IMG/VR virus record: IMGVR_UViG_3300045988_151198
Source of the DNA: a virus
Strand: one strand, 5' to 3'
Length of the DNA: 64,000 nucleotides
In this document: positions 54,841-64,000 of the stretch, in pieces
How the letters are laid out: each line of letters begins with the position of its first letter
How positions within the stretch are numbered: position 1 is the first letter of the stretch
Notes under the pieces: model-generated
Told to the model about the DNA's origin: nothing
Seen by the model: the letters and a program-made list of their open reading frames with translations, nothing else
Database searches by the model: none
Program-made: the position numbers and the translations under genes

Positions 54841-57800
54841 AGCAATGAAAAAGCGAGCCTCTCGTAAAAGAGGGGAAATCACAGTTCTTGGTCGGCATTG
54901 GGCAAGTTCGTCTCGTGTCTCGCTCACAGTCCAAGAAGGTCAATCCCTTGAAAACATCATCACAGACTCCGTAAAAATTCTTCGGGCTAACCAAGCTATC
55001 ACTCCCGCATATGCCGAATATCTAAAGAAGCATTGTGTTTGCCGTGTGGATTTTATCAATATCCCTAAAGAAAAATGGGCCGTCACTTATCCTGCGGATG
55101 GTCAAAGAGTCGAGTTTTTCATTAAGCCCGGTAAAGGCGGCGGTAAAAATCCTTTTGCTACAATCCTTAACATTGTTGTAGCTGTCGCTGCTATCGCAGT
55201 GCCCGTACTTGCTCCGGCTTCATGGGGGTTGATGACAGCGGCGGGAGCCTTGACTTGGACTGGTGCCGCAGTAAGTTTTGGTATCTTAACGGTTGGCTCA
55301 CTCGCTGTCAATATGCTTTGCCCTCCTGCAACACCTAAACTTAGCGGACCTAAATCTTCCGAAAAAGAATCTCCTACCTATTCTATTTCCGGGGCAAGAA
55401 ACGGAGCGAACCCATATGGTTTTGTTCCTCTTATCTTCGGAAGGAATAAGGTCACTCCTCCTTTGGCAGCGAAATCTTGGACGAATATTGAATCGGATAA
55501 AACCTATTTCAATATGTGCGTTATTTGGGGGCACCCAGATATGTCCGTAAGAGATTTTAAAATTGGGGATACGCCTTTAGAAAACTTTAAAAATATTGAC
55601 CACAGATTCCATCCTTCTACCACTGGTGAGGGGCTTGTCTATTTTGGCAAATCCTTTAATGAAGAAACCGTGGGGACTTTAATCTCGAAAGAAGCTGGAT
55701 ATATTACTCGGACAATGGGAGAATGCGATACAATCAGCTTAGACATCACATTCTCCAAAGGGCTGACTTCCATCAATGAGAAAAATGGAGATAACTATGA
55801 TCGTACCGTTGAATTTGAAGCTGAATATAAATTAAAGAATGATACGGTATGGAAAGGACTTGTCGGAGGGTCATTCCCTATTCGTGGGACATCTATCGAG
55901 CTTAAAAGAAAAACTGGCTTTTATTTAAACGCCGGAAAAAACTCTATTGTCTATAGTGATTTTTCTGGTAATATCAATATGGCTGATGGAGAAACAGCTC
56001 CAGTTAATACCGTTCCATTAGCAAAAGTTATTCTTGTATCAACTCCTCATTATGAATTTGATGATGATGGAAGACAGCGGGTAACATATACATATTCATA
56101 TACTTGCGAAGACTTGCGGGTAAGTTCTGTATCCGGTGCCGCTCCGTATATTAATGAAGTAAAACATTATACGAAAAAATGCGGATATGGATTAGGTAGT
56201 CCTTATTGGAGTTATACTTGCGTCGAAGTTTATGATTATTCGACTTATGAAATTGTCATTCCTGACCAATATGTGAATGGCATTAACAAATTTGCCATCT
56301 CTGGACAGCAATTAAAGCCCTTGACCCGTACCTATACTGTGAATGTTCCTCACGGAGATTACGATGTTCGTATTCGAAGACTTACTGATGATAATTCAAA
56401 TAAGTATATCTATGATGAAGCTACGTGGGCGACGAAAAGGGCTATTGTAAATCGTCAATCTTTTTCAACTCCTGTTCCCGTATGTGTTTCTGAATTGCGT
56501 ATTCAGGCATCGGAACAGCTTTCTGGATACGTCGATAACTTTAATGCTATTTGCACGGCATTGATTCCAGACTTTAATACTAGCAATAATACGTGGGAAT
56601 GGAGGGAGACGAGAAATCCTGCATCTGCTTATAGGTATGTATTGACATCCCGTCATGCTTTAAATTCTCCTTATACGGAAGACAAGCTTGACGAACCAAC
56701 GCTACGTGAGTTTCATAAGTATTGTACCCGAATGGGGTGGACTTTCGATTTTGTTTGTGATACAGAAGAGAATCTGTGGTCACGTCTTACTCAGATCGCT
56801 GCGGCAGCGCGTGCTTCCGTAACCACAGAAATAGATGGAAAATATGGTGTGGTGATTGACGATAAGAATAAAACTCCTGTGCAGCAATTCAACCAGCGTA
56901 ATAGTTGGGGATTCAGCATGGAGAAACTTTTTCCTAACGTCCCTCATGCTCTTAGAATCAAATTTGTTAATAGTGAAAATAATTTCCTGCAATCGGAAGA
57001 TTTCTGCTATGCGGACGGATTTGATAAAAACAATGCTACGGATATTCAAGAAATCGACTTTCCCGGCATTACTACGTGGACAAATAACTGGAAGCAAGGA
57101 AGATATCATTTAGCATCACAACTTCTTCGTCCCCTAAGCGTTACAATTAATGCTGACTGGGAGCACAGGATGTGTCATCGTGGAGACGTTATTGAAATTT
57201 TCCATGACGTTCTCATGAACACTTTCGGAGCGGCACGTGTTGTAGGATTGATTTATCGGGATACAGGTGGTACGGAATATATTATTTACGAAAATTCCGA
57301 AAGGCCCATTGATACTCCCGCCGTAGGTGTCGTTCTTGATGATTCCATTGTCTTTAGCGAACGTGATGTTATTTACGGTATTGCAATTAGAAATCCATAT
57401 GGAAAAACTGTTACTTATCAAATTCAACCACAATTTGGAGAGGAACATTCCCATATTTATTTTACTTTTGCAATAACATATGCTACTACTCCCTATATTG
57501 GAGATTTAGCTAGCGTATCATTAATGGGTGAAGCGAATGATAAATACCTTGTAACTCAGATTGCGCCCGCCGAAAATTCTTCGGCGGAAATTAAAGCAAT
57601 TCCGTATTCTCCCGAAGTTCTTGATGCGGATAAAGGAGAAATTCCTCCTTGGAATCCTCCTATTATCATTGACAAGCTGCCTACTTATACTATTCCCAAT
57701 CCTACTATTATACAGATAATTTCCGATGAATCCATGCTCGTTAAGATTGGGCAGAATATCATTCCTCAGGTTGGTATCTGGTTTAAGGTTGGAGATGGAA

Positions 57801-60073
57801 CCTCGTTAGATTGTGTGGTTTACGCCCGTGCAAAGAAAACGCAAGAAGCAGCTTGGGGCAATACCGTTCGAACTTCCGTATCCGAAGGATATGTCGTCAT
57901 TTCGAATATGGAGTCTGGTGAGCTATATGACTTGTCTATCCAAGTTACCGATCCTGTACGGGGAATTAGCAGTGATTGGATAACTCAAACCGGATATTTC
58001 GTTATTGGAAAAACCGCGCCGCCTCCTGATGTGGACGGCGTTACCGCTGAGCTTCTTCCTCCGTCCGGGGTAAAAATCAGTTGGAATCCCGTAGCCACTC
58101 TTGATATAGATTACTATGCTGTTCAAGGGGACATTACAGGGAAAACGATTGACACGAGTATCATACTTCCCGTCCCAAATAAATTCGGCACATTGAATAT
58201 GACAGTTAGCGCAGTGGATACGCTTGGAAATTTTTCCTTGCAACCTGCCCCCGTTTCTGTTACTATTCAAAAACCTAAAAACCCTGTCATTAAAACGGAA
58301 GTCACTATCGATGGCCTTAAATTGAGTTGGACAGATTGTACAACTTCTTGGCCTATCAAGAATTATGAAGTTCATGATAAATATATGTCAAGAACGGAAT
58401 TTTCTAATGTGACTTCAATATATGTGTCGCCAAGACCTGTGGGTAATTATAAATTCACAGTGAAAGCTATAGACATTTTTGGAAATGAATCTGGTACTGT
58501 TCCTGCATTTATTGAAGTGGATCTTCTCGGGAGGGTCCAGCCGACAGCAAGAATTGATGGCGCTGATATCCTGTTAGAATGGCCTATTGTATCGTCGGCG
58601 TTTCCGATAGATGAATTCGAAATCGTTGAAGGGGATTTCACTCCGGTAGGTAGAGCGAAAGTCAACTATTTCCGAGTTCCTGCGGGAGCTGTCGGGTTTC
58701 ATGAATGGAAAATCCGAGCACGAGATATCGTCGGTAACTATGGAGATTGGGGTGAAGTTTCTATCGAGATTAAACCTGCTGGTGCCCCAACTGTAAAAGC
58801 GACAATTCAAGAAGATAAAATCCTTATTTCTTGGGTAGCGCCTTCAACAATCAATTTACCAATAACTGAATACGAGATAGAAAATAGTACAACAGGAGAA
58901 TCTTTCGGAAGGATTAATGCGACACAGATAGTCGTACCTCCTGAAAAAACTGGAAACCACATTTTCAGGGTTCGTAGTTGGGATACTGGAGGAAATGCTG
59001 GAGCATGGGGAGAAACGAGTTTCCGAATCGAAGCTCCCGGCAGAGTTTATATAACTCCTACCGTCATCGACAATAACGCGCTTCTTGTTTGGACTGAACC
59101 TTCCACGGTATTCTTTCCAATTCATCATTATGAGGTACTTCGTGGGGATGAATTGGAATACGCGGAACTTATTTTCAATGTCAACGCTTTGATTGTCAAT
59201 ATCTTTGAAGCTGTATCCGGTAATTATACATATTGGGTTGTTCCGGTAGACGTAGCAGGTAACAAAGGCACCGCAACTCCCATTACTTGCGTAATTTCTC
59301 AGCCTCCGGATTATGTTCTTTTCTATGATTGGGATTCCGTTTTCTCTGGAACACGCCATAATTTTGTTCTTGATGGCATTGGAGGGATGATTGGTCCTAT
59401 CGTAGATGAGAATGAAACATGGACGCAGAATATTGCACGATTCGGTGGAACGACAGCGGACTCTACATGGAAAAACAAGGTGGATATTGCCGGACCTACT
59501 TGGATGGAACCAGCAGGTACAGAGGGGTGGTATCAAGAAGAATTTGATTATGGACAAATCATGCAGTCCATCAGACTTGTGGTCACACCTACGGTTCAAA
59601 TTCTTTCCGGCACGCCTTTGTATTATGTTAAAGTTGAATTTAAAGTGGATGTGAATGACCCGTGGGAATTAGCCGCAGAAAATGCTACGCAGGTGTTTTT
59701 ACAGCGATTCCGGTATATCCGATTCACACTTGGAATGCTTCCGGACTCCACGGGACTTATCCGAGTGTCCGAATTGAACCTTAAATTCGACGTTAAAATT
59801 CGAAATGACTCTGGTGTCGCTTTGGCTGAGGCAAATACGAACGGTCCAGAATGGCCCGGAAACGCAAATGATACTGGAAATCTGGTAAACTTTTCTATGC
59901 CATACCTCGATGTATGGGAAGTTACGGCTGCACCTGAAAGTGAAGATGCGGGATTGGTCGCCTTGGTTTCTTTCCAAGACATTCCTTCTCCCAAGTTTTT
60001 CAGAGTGTCTCTTTTCAATAATAAGGGCGAACGCACTACGGGGAACGTGGTGTGGAGAGCAGTAGGAATATAA
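54830..60073 (+). CDS. host specificity / central tail fiber protein: lambda gpI-like N-terminus fused to a gpJ-like body with several fibronectin-III-like repeats
   Basis: First about 260 aa parallel lambda gpI (Gly-rich hydrophobic GGGKNPFATILNIVVAVAAIAV; LCPPATPKL...); downstream blocks parallel lambda gpJ (PGDVIEICDD-like HRGDVIEIFHD); repeated W/P-containing FN3-like segments. Confidence 0.8.
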   Translation: MRGKAMKKRASRKRGEITVLGRHWASSSRVSLTVQEGQSLENIITDSVKILRANQAITPAYAEYLKKHCVCRVDFINIPKEKWAVTYPADGQRVEFFIKPGKGGGKNPFATILNIVVAVAAIAVPVLAPASWGLMTAAGALTWTGAAVSFGILTVGSLAVNMLCPPATPKLSGPKSSEKESPTYSISGARNGANPYGFVPLIFGRNKVTPPLAAKSWTNIESDKTYFNMCVIWGHPDMSVRDFKIGDTPLENFKNIDHRFHPSTTGEGLVYFGKSFNEETVGTLISKEAGYITRTMGECDTISLDITFSKGLTSINEKNGDNYDRTVEFEAEYKLKNDTVWKGLVGGSFPIRGTSIELKRKTGFYLNAGKNSIVYSDFSGNINMADGETAPVNTVPLAKVILVSTPHYEFDDDGRQRVTYTYSYTCEDLRVSSVSGAAPYINEVKHYTKKCGYGLGSPYWSYTCVEVYDYSTYEIVIPDQYVNGINKFAISGQQLKPLTRTYTVNVPHGDYDVRIRRLTDDNSNKYIYDEATWATKRAIVNRQSFSTPVPVCVSELRIQASEQLSGYVDNFNAICTALIPDFNTSNNTWEWRETRNPASAYRYVLTSRHALNSPYTEDKLDEPTLREFHKYCTRMGWTFDFVCDTEENLWSRLTQIAAAARASVTTEIDGKYGVVIDDKNKTPVQQFNQRNSWGFSMEKLFPNVPHALRIKFVNSENNFLQSEDFCYADGFDKNNATDIQEIDFPGITTWTNNWKQGRYHLASQLLRPLSVTINADWEHRMCHRGDVIEIFHDVLMNTFGAARVVGLIYRDTGGTEYIIYENSERPIDTPAVGVVLDDSIVFSERDVIYGIAIRNPYGKTVTYQIQPQFGEEHSHIYFTFAITYATTPYIGDLASVSLMGEANDKYLVTQIAPAENSSAEIKAIPYSPEVLDADKGEIPPWNPPIIIDKLPTYTIPNPTIIQIISDESMLVKIGQNIIPQVGIWFKVGDGTSLDCVVYARAKKTQEAAWGNTVRTSVSEGYVVISNMESGELYDLSIQVTDPVRGISSDWITQTGYFVIGKTAPPPDVDGVTAELLPPSGVKISWNPVATLDIDYYAVQGDITGKTIDTSIILPVPNKFGTLNMTVSAVDTLGNFSLQPAPVSVTIQKPKNPVIKTEVTIDGLKLSWTDCTTSWPIKNYEVHDKYMSRTEFSNVTSIYVSPRPVGNYKFTVKAIDIFGNESGTVPAFIEVDLLGRVQPTARIDGADILLEWPIVSSAFPIDEFEIVEGDFTPVGRAKVNYFRVPAGAVGFHEWKIRARDIVGNYGDWGEVSIEIKPAGAPTVKATIQEDKILISWVAPSTINLPITEYEIENSTTGESFGRINATQIVVPPEKTGNHIFRVRSWDTGGNAGAWGETSFRIEAPGRVYITPTVIDNNALLVWTEPSTVFFPIHHYEVLRGDELEYAELIFNVNALIVNIFEAVSGNYTYWVVPVDVAGNKGTATPITCVISQPPDYVLFYDWDSVFSGTRHNFVLDGIGGMIGPIVDENETWTQNIARFGGTTADSTWKNKVDIAGPTWMEPAGTEGWYQEEFDYGQIMQSIRLVVTPTVQILSGTPLYYVKVEFKVDVNDPWELAAENATQVFLQRFRYIRFTLGMLPDSTGLIRVSELNLKFDVKIRNDSGVALAEANTNGPEWPGNANDTGNLVNFSMPYLDVWEVTAAPESEDAGLVALVSFQDIPSPKFFRVSLFNNKGERTTGNVVWRAVGI

Positions 60074-60092
60074 TATATGGAGAGCCCCCGAA

Positions 60093-62066
60093 ATGGCAGA
60101 AGTACCTTCTAAAGTTGACGTTATTGTCAGTATGAAATCCGCATTTAGGTCTAATTTGAGTACGGATTGCGTAAGATGGAATTATTCAAAACGCAATTTT
60201 GAGTACTGGAATGGAACTGAATGGGTGCTTGTCGGGGGCTCTTCTACTGGGGAGGGGCGGTCAATTCAAGATAGCTTGTCGTTATTTAATGTCCTTCCCC
60301 GGAATCCCTCCCTCAATCTTTTCGCGGACGAATATGAATACTCGTGGGGAAAGGTTCCTCCGCAAGTCACATTTACTCGTAATTCGTCAGCTACGTATTG
60401 GGGGCCTGACGGCGTATCTCATATCGCTGCGGCAGGAGAACCTCGTATTGATCATAATCCTGTTACGGGTGAATGTTTGGGATGGCTTCGTGAGCCACAG
60501 CGTACAAATCTTACAGATTACATAGCCATTAAAGGTCTAGGAACTGATGGAGCGCATTATATAGAGCCTTCCGCTTCTTATAATTTTAAATTTAGATATA
60601 ATGTATATAAGTATAGAATGGGTACTCCTACAAATACACAGTTCGGAGTTTTTACCCTAGCAGTTATCCCAAAAGAAGATCAAACATATTTCAGTTCAAT
60701 ATTTTTTAGATGTGATAAAAATAGTCCTTTATCTATTATAAATATTGATACTCCGAATTATGTTGCTATCCAAGGCGGTGGATTATCCGTAGATTTTAAT
60801 TTCAAGACTAATACTATCATTAGAAAATCTGCTGCTATAACTGAAAATAATTTTGGTCTTGAGGATGTCGGGGACGGATGGTTTAGAGCATGGTTCCGTT
60901 TTAAAGGAGCAGAAAACGCAAATGTAAAAACGGGCATACGTATGTATTTTAAAGATTCTGCGGGTCTTGTTACAACTTTTAATGGGGACGGTAAATCCAC
61001 CTTCTGGTATTGCTGCCCTCAAACAGAAGAAGCCGAAGATTTTGATACTAAACCAACATCCCCGATTCCTACGGAAGGAACCGCCCAAGTTACAAGAGCC
61101 GAAGATAAGTTTTCTATAAATAACGGGATTACGTTTACTAGAGCATCACAAGCTACGTATTTTGATGCGGAAGGATATATGAGAACTGTCGGAAACGATA
61201 TTGAACGGCCTTTATATGATAATAAAACGGGTAAATTTATTTCTACTTTCCTCGAAACACAAAGAACGAATTATGCTACTGCTGCGGGCATAAACAGGCT
61301 TACAAAAGAGGAAATTCAAGATAAATTCATCGGCTCCGCATTAAAATTGACGCTTGACGCAACTTTAGATTCGTATCATTACGCAAACTATAGATTATAC
61401 ACACCTGCTGAAATTCCGGATCATGTTGGGGAGGATGTAACATTTTCATTAGTAGTAAAACCTGTAAATCATAGGTATATTCAATTAAAAATTGGTTCCG
61501 ATATTACGGGAATTACAGGATATTATGGAGCTTCATACGATATAAAAACATGCTCTCTCATAAAAGTCGTTAAACCTACTTCTTCAAATATAGTATGGAG
61601 AACTACCATAGAAAAAATGCGAAACGGATGGGTTCAAGTTTCTATTGGTGCAAGAATCCTAGAAGAATATTCTACAGGTACAATTTCCAATTACGGTTTT
61701 TATTCAGGATTATATTTTGCCGATGCTACAGGAAATACCAGAATCGATGGAGATTCATTTTCGTCTATTTTAGTTGGAAATATTCAAACTGAGATCGGAA
61801 TTGGATACTCATCTTATATCCCTATTGTCAATAATACCGCAACTACTCGTGCTATGGATAACTATACTAACGTATTTCCGACAAAGGACTCTCCATTTTT
61901 ATTTAACCCGGTAAAACAAGCATTCTTCTTTAATGAGGGTGATGGAAAACGGGCATATAACTTAAAAACTACTAGAACAATCGAATTTTCTATGGGCACC
62001 ACGAAACAGTGCGTCGTTTTCCCCGCGCATTTAACAAATAGCCAACTTTCAGATTTAATTAGATAA
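60093..62066 (+). CDS. tail fiber protein
   Basis: 657 aa, beta-rich, downstream of the J-like gene. Confidence 0.55.
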   Translation: MAEVPSKVDVIVSMKSAFRSNLSTDCVRWNYSKRNFEYWNGTEWVLVGGSSTGEGRSIQDSLSLFNVLPRNPSLNLFADEYEYSWGKVPPQVTFTRNSSATYWGPDGVSHIAAAGEPRIDHNPVTGECLGWLREPQRTNLTDYIAIKGLGTDGAHYIEPSASYNFKFRYNVYKYRMGTPTNTQFGVFTLAVIPKEDQTYFSSIFFRCDKNSPLSIINIDTPNYVAIQGGGLSVDFNFKTNTIIRKSAAITENNFGLEDVGDGWFRAWFRFKGAENANVKTGIRMYFKDSAGLVTTFNGDGKSTFWYCCPQTEEAEDFDTKPTSPIPTEGTAQVTRAEDKFSINNGITFTRASQATYFDAEGYMRTVGNDIERPLYDNKTGKFISTFLETQRTNYATAAGINRLTKEEIQDKFIGSALKLTLDATLDSYHYANYRLYTPAEIPDHVGEDVTFSLVVKPVNHRYIQLKIGSDITGITGYYGASYDIKTCSLIKVVKPTSSNIVWRTTIEKMRNGWVQVSIGARILEEYSTGTISNYGFYSGLYFADATGNTRIDGDSFSSILVGNIQTEIGIGYSSYIPIVNNTATTRAMDNYTNVFPTKDSPFLFNPVKQAFFFNEGDGKRAYNLKTTRTIEFSMGTTKQCVVFPAHLTNSQLSDLIR

Positions 62067-62081
62067 AGGAAAAATCTCATT

Positions 62082-62420
62082 ATGAATACTGCTATAGCAC
62101 CAATGCCTTCGGAGCTTATCAATGCGTATACAGATTTCTATTTCGCCGCTCCTAATGTAGCCGCCCTTGAAGAATCATTGGGAATCTCTCTTAACGATCC
62201 TCCGGAAGGTGTTTATGTCGATTATATTGGAAAAGCCGAAAAAACTCCTCCGATATATTCAAACGATGACCCAGAAAATGCTACTATCGTTACTCCGGCT
62301 ACTTATTATGATTTTGAATTGGTCAATATCCGAATTTCGAGTTTCGTAATTCCAGACAAATTCGTTAACTCGAAATTCCTTATTCCTGAGCCTAAGACTC
62401 CAGTTAGAGTGTGGTTTTAA
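62082..62420 (+). CDS. hypothetical protein (possible tail fiber assembly protein)
   Basis: 112 aa, position. Confidence 0.35.
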   Translation: MNTAIAPMPSELINAYTDFYFAAPNVAALEESLGISLNDPPEGVYVDYIGKAEKTPPIYSNDDPENATIVTPATYYDFELVNIRISSFVIPDKFVNSKFLIPEPKTPVRVWF

Positions 62421-62421
62421 A

Positions 62422-62751
62422 ATGAATAATACTCAAATTTGGGCAGAATTAAAATCCGCCCATGAAGTAAAGATTTCAAATATTTTTCATCAAATAACGC
62501 CAATTCCAGCCACGGCGTCTATATTTACCGTAAATCATACTGGCCTTTTAATGGCTTCTGGAATTTCTTCCACGGATGTTGGTCAGGTATGGTTGATAAA
62601 TTTAAGGTCTACAGAAAACTCATCCGGTTATTCCGGTGGTGGTACGGGAAATGCGGTGGGCGCAAGTATCCATGTTGTTGATGGGGATAGAGTCCAAATT
62701 TATTATAGTGGAGTGAATATGGATAGTTTAAAAATAGCGGAATTTATGTGA
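62422..62751 (+). CDS. hypothetical protein
   Basis: 109 aa. Confidence 0.35.
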   Translation: MNNTQIWAELKSAHEVKISNIFHQITPIPATASIFTVNHTGLLMASGISSTDVGQVWLINLRSTENSSGYSGGGTGNAVGASIHVVDGDRVQIYYSGVNMDSLKIAEFM

Positions 62752-62828
62752 TTGCATAAATTTGATATTGACAAATTCCAAAATATCTGGTAGATGGATA
62801 AAAATAAAAAAAATTATTGGAGAGGATT

Positions 62829-63098
62829 ATGAATTCTAAAAAGATTGAAGAAATTATGAAGTTTGTAGACGGGGTCCAGCGTGAAGCCAATGAAGACTAT
62901 GCTTTGATTACGCAGTTGCGTAGCTCGCTTTTTTTCCTCGACAAGTCCCTCGAACAGAAGCAAAAAGATCTTGAAAAAGTATCTGAAAAATTGAAAGGAT
63001 TCTTCAATGCGATGATTGCCCCCGATCCGGAAATTACTCATGAGAATGCTTCCGAATCCGACGAAAAGGCGGAAATCGTCGACTTGAATAAATCCTGA
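62829..63098 (+). CDS. small coiled-coil protein (hypothetical)
   Basis: ATG at 62829 preceded by GGAGAGG. Confidence 0.35.
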   Translation: MNSKKIEEIMKFVDGVQREANEDYALITQLRSSLFFLDKSLEQKQKDLEKVSEKLKGFFNAMIAPDPEITHENASESDEKAEIVDLNKS

Positions 63099-63136
63099 AT
63101 ATAAAAGTTTTTTACTATGATAAGGTAATTTCTAAA

Positions 63137-64000
63137 TGGCAAATCCTAATTTTTCCGCACCAGCAATATCCAATAAAATCGCATCGGATATTGATTCCAT
63201 TCGAGAACTTGCAAAACTTATTGCGAGGCTGCGAGGGGATCTTGCTGACAATGCTCCGGACGGTACTATTATCTTCAATCAATCCGCAATGAATTTCCAG
63301 ATGAAAAGCGGCTCGGTCTGGAATGCTTTGGATGGCGATACTGGCAAGTACGCTTTCAATGTCGATAAGCTTGATGGGTTTCATGCTAATGCGGGGATTA
63401 TAGCCAATTCCATCGTGGTGCGGGATTCCAAGGGCGTGATTCCCGGAAACATCTCCGGGCGTGCCCCTAATGCTACACAAGCTGATAAGCTTACTACGGT
63501 TAACCCCATTGCGAAAGGGGGGACAGGAGCTTCTACTGCTGCACAGGCTCGTGCTAATCTTGGTACGAATGACGTAGGTAATTTGACAGCAGGGGTTCTG
63601 CCTTTTAAACGTGGCGGTACTGGCAGGACTGATGGTAGCGCTCAGGATGTTCAAATAAATAGTAGTGGTGAGGGGATTAATGCCAATCTGACTACCGCTA
63701 AAGGATGCGGTCAGCTCGGATTATTGGCTCTTGGAAAAGGTATTGGCACCGATGCTAATTTGTTCATTGCAAACGGAAATTTCTGGTTTAATAATGAGCA
63801 CGCATTAACGAATTTTCCAATAAATAGTGTAGGTGGGATACTCACTGTTCGCGGCTATTATACATATGCGCGACAAGAATTCGTTAATTATAACAATACT
63901 GGCAGATATTGGCGATTAACTCAAAATTCAGGTTCAACGTGGACCCCGTGGTATCGTGTCCCCGAAGGTTTGACAGATAATTACACCACAAATTCGTCTG
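63137..64000 (+). CDS. tail fiber protein (partial; continues beyond the window)
   Basis: Contains FNVDKLDGFHA, the phage tail-fiber repeat motif (NADKLDG.H), and PIAKGGTGASTAAQARANLG; no stop before the window end. Confidence 0.6.

Noticed and set aside
63115-63654. 179-aa minus-strand ORF
   Set aside because: It is antisense to the terminal tail fiber ORF, which carries the KLDG.H fiber repeat motif on the plus strand.
54830-64000. Diversity-generating retroelement targeting the tail fiber genes
   Set aside because: No reverse-transcriptase ORF (no YxDD-containing protein) exists anywhere in the window, and no obvious template/variable repeat pair was seen by eye. This cannot be excluded without a computational repeat search.
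1-64000. Integrase, attachment site or lysogeny repressor
   Set aside because: No tyrosine or serine recombinase motifs and no CI-like HTH repressor were recognised in any ORF. Only a Bro/KilA antirepressor hints at a temperate lifestyle. The element may integrate through genes outside the window, or it may be virulent.

Overview
This 64-kb window reads as one contiguous stretch of a tailed dsDNA phage or prophage genome (siphovirus-like: HK97-type head, lambda-type tail tip). GC content is moderate, with a few low-GC patches. No host housekeeping genes are evident. Coordinates are read by hand from the sequence; gene boundaries follow the supplied ORF track unless a different start is stated.

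Layout, left to right:
- 1..7430: a block of leftward small early genes. At least six sit behind a promoter of the form TTGACAG-N16-TAGAGT, and nine share the extended ribosome-binding site AAAGAGGTTATC-ATG.
- 7570..10400: a rightward island holding a P27-family terminase small subunit and about six tRNA genes under strong TTGACA/TATAAT promoters.
- 10529..16924: a leftward lysis cassette (M15 peptidase endolysin, holin-like proteins), a Bro-N/KilAC antirepressor, Cys-rich Lar-like proteins and a RuvC-like resolvase.
- 16995..17763: an intergenic region with GATC-containing iterons, an AT-rich stretch and a 25-bp hairpin, read as a replication origin.
- 17787..23126: a leftward replication module: AEP primase-SF3 helicase fusion, Dda/RecD-like helicase, MT-A70 Dam-type methyltransferase.
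- 23623..40544: a rightward module: SNF2 helicase, PD-(D/E)XK nuclease, gp2.5-like SSB, HU, Lar, RdgC-like protein, family A DNA polymerase, HNH endonuclease, a frameshifted RtcB RNA ligase, a ThyX-fold protein with an altered active-site motif, dUTPase, NrdD and NrdG (separated by three inserted genes), and a P-loop kinase.
- 40684..64000: a complete structural module: portal, prohead protease, HK97-like major capsid, head-tail connectors, major tail protein, G/GT chaperone with an A_AAA_AAC -1 frameshift site, tape measure, gpM/gpL/gpK-like proteins, a gpI-gpJ fusion host-specificity protein, and tail fibers (the last one runs off the window).

Most worth a second look:
- RtcB plus a tRNA-Lys(UUU) gene, a candidate tRNA-repair counter-defence; RtcB is split by a frameshift.
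- The ThyX-like protein inside the nucleotide-metabolism cluster.
- The GATC-iteron origin together with the phage Dam methyltransferase.
- Five 10-bp-phased TTGAC repeats just upstream of terS.
- tRNA-like elements whose anticodon loops do not fold to the canonical seven nucleotides.
- A small membrane-protein gene running antisense inside the tail module.

No terminase large subunit, integrase, reverse transcriptase or CRISPR array was found in the window.
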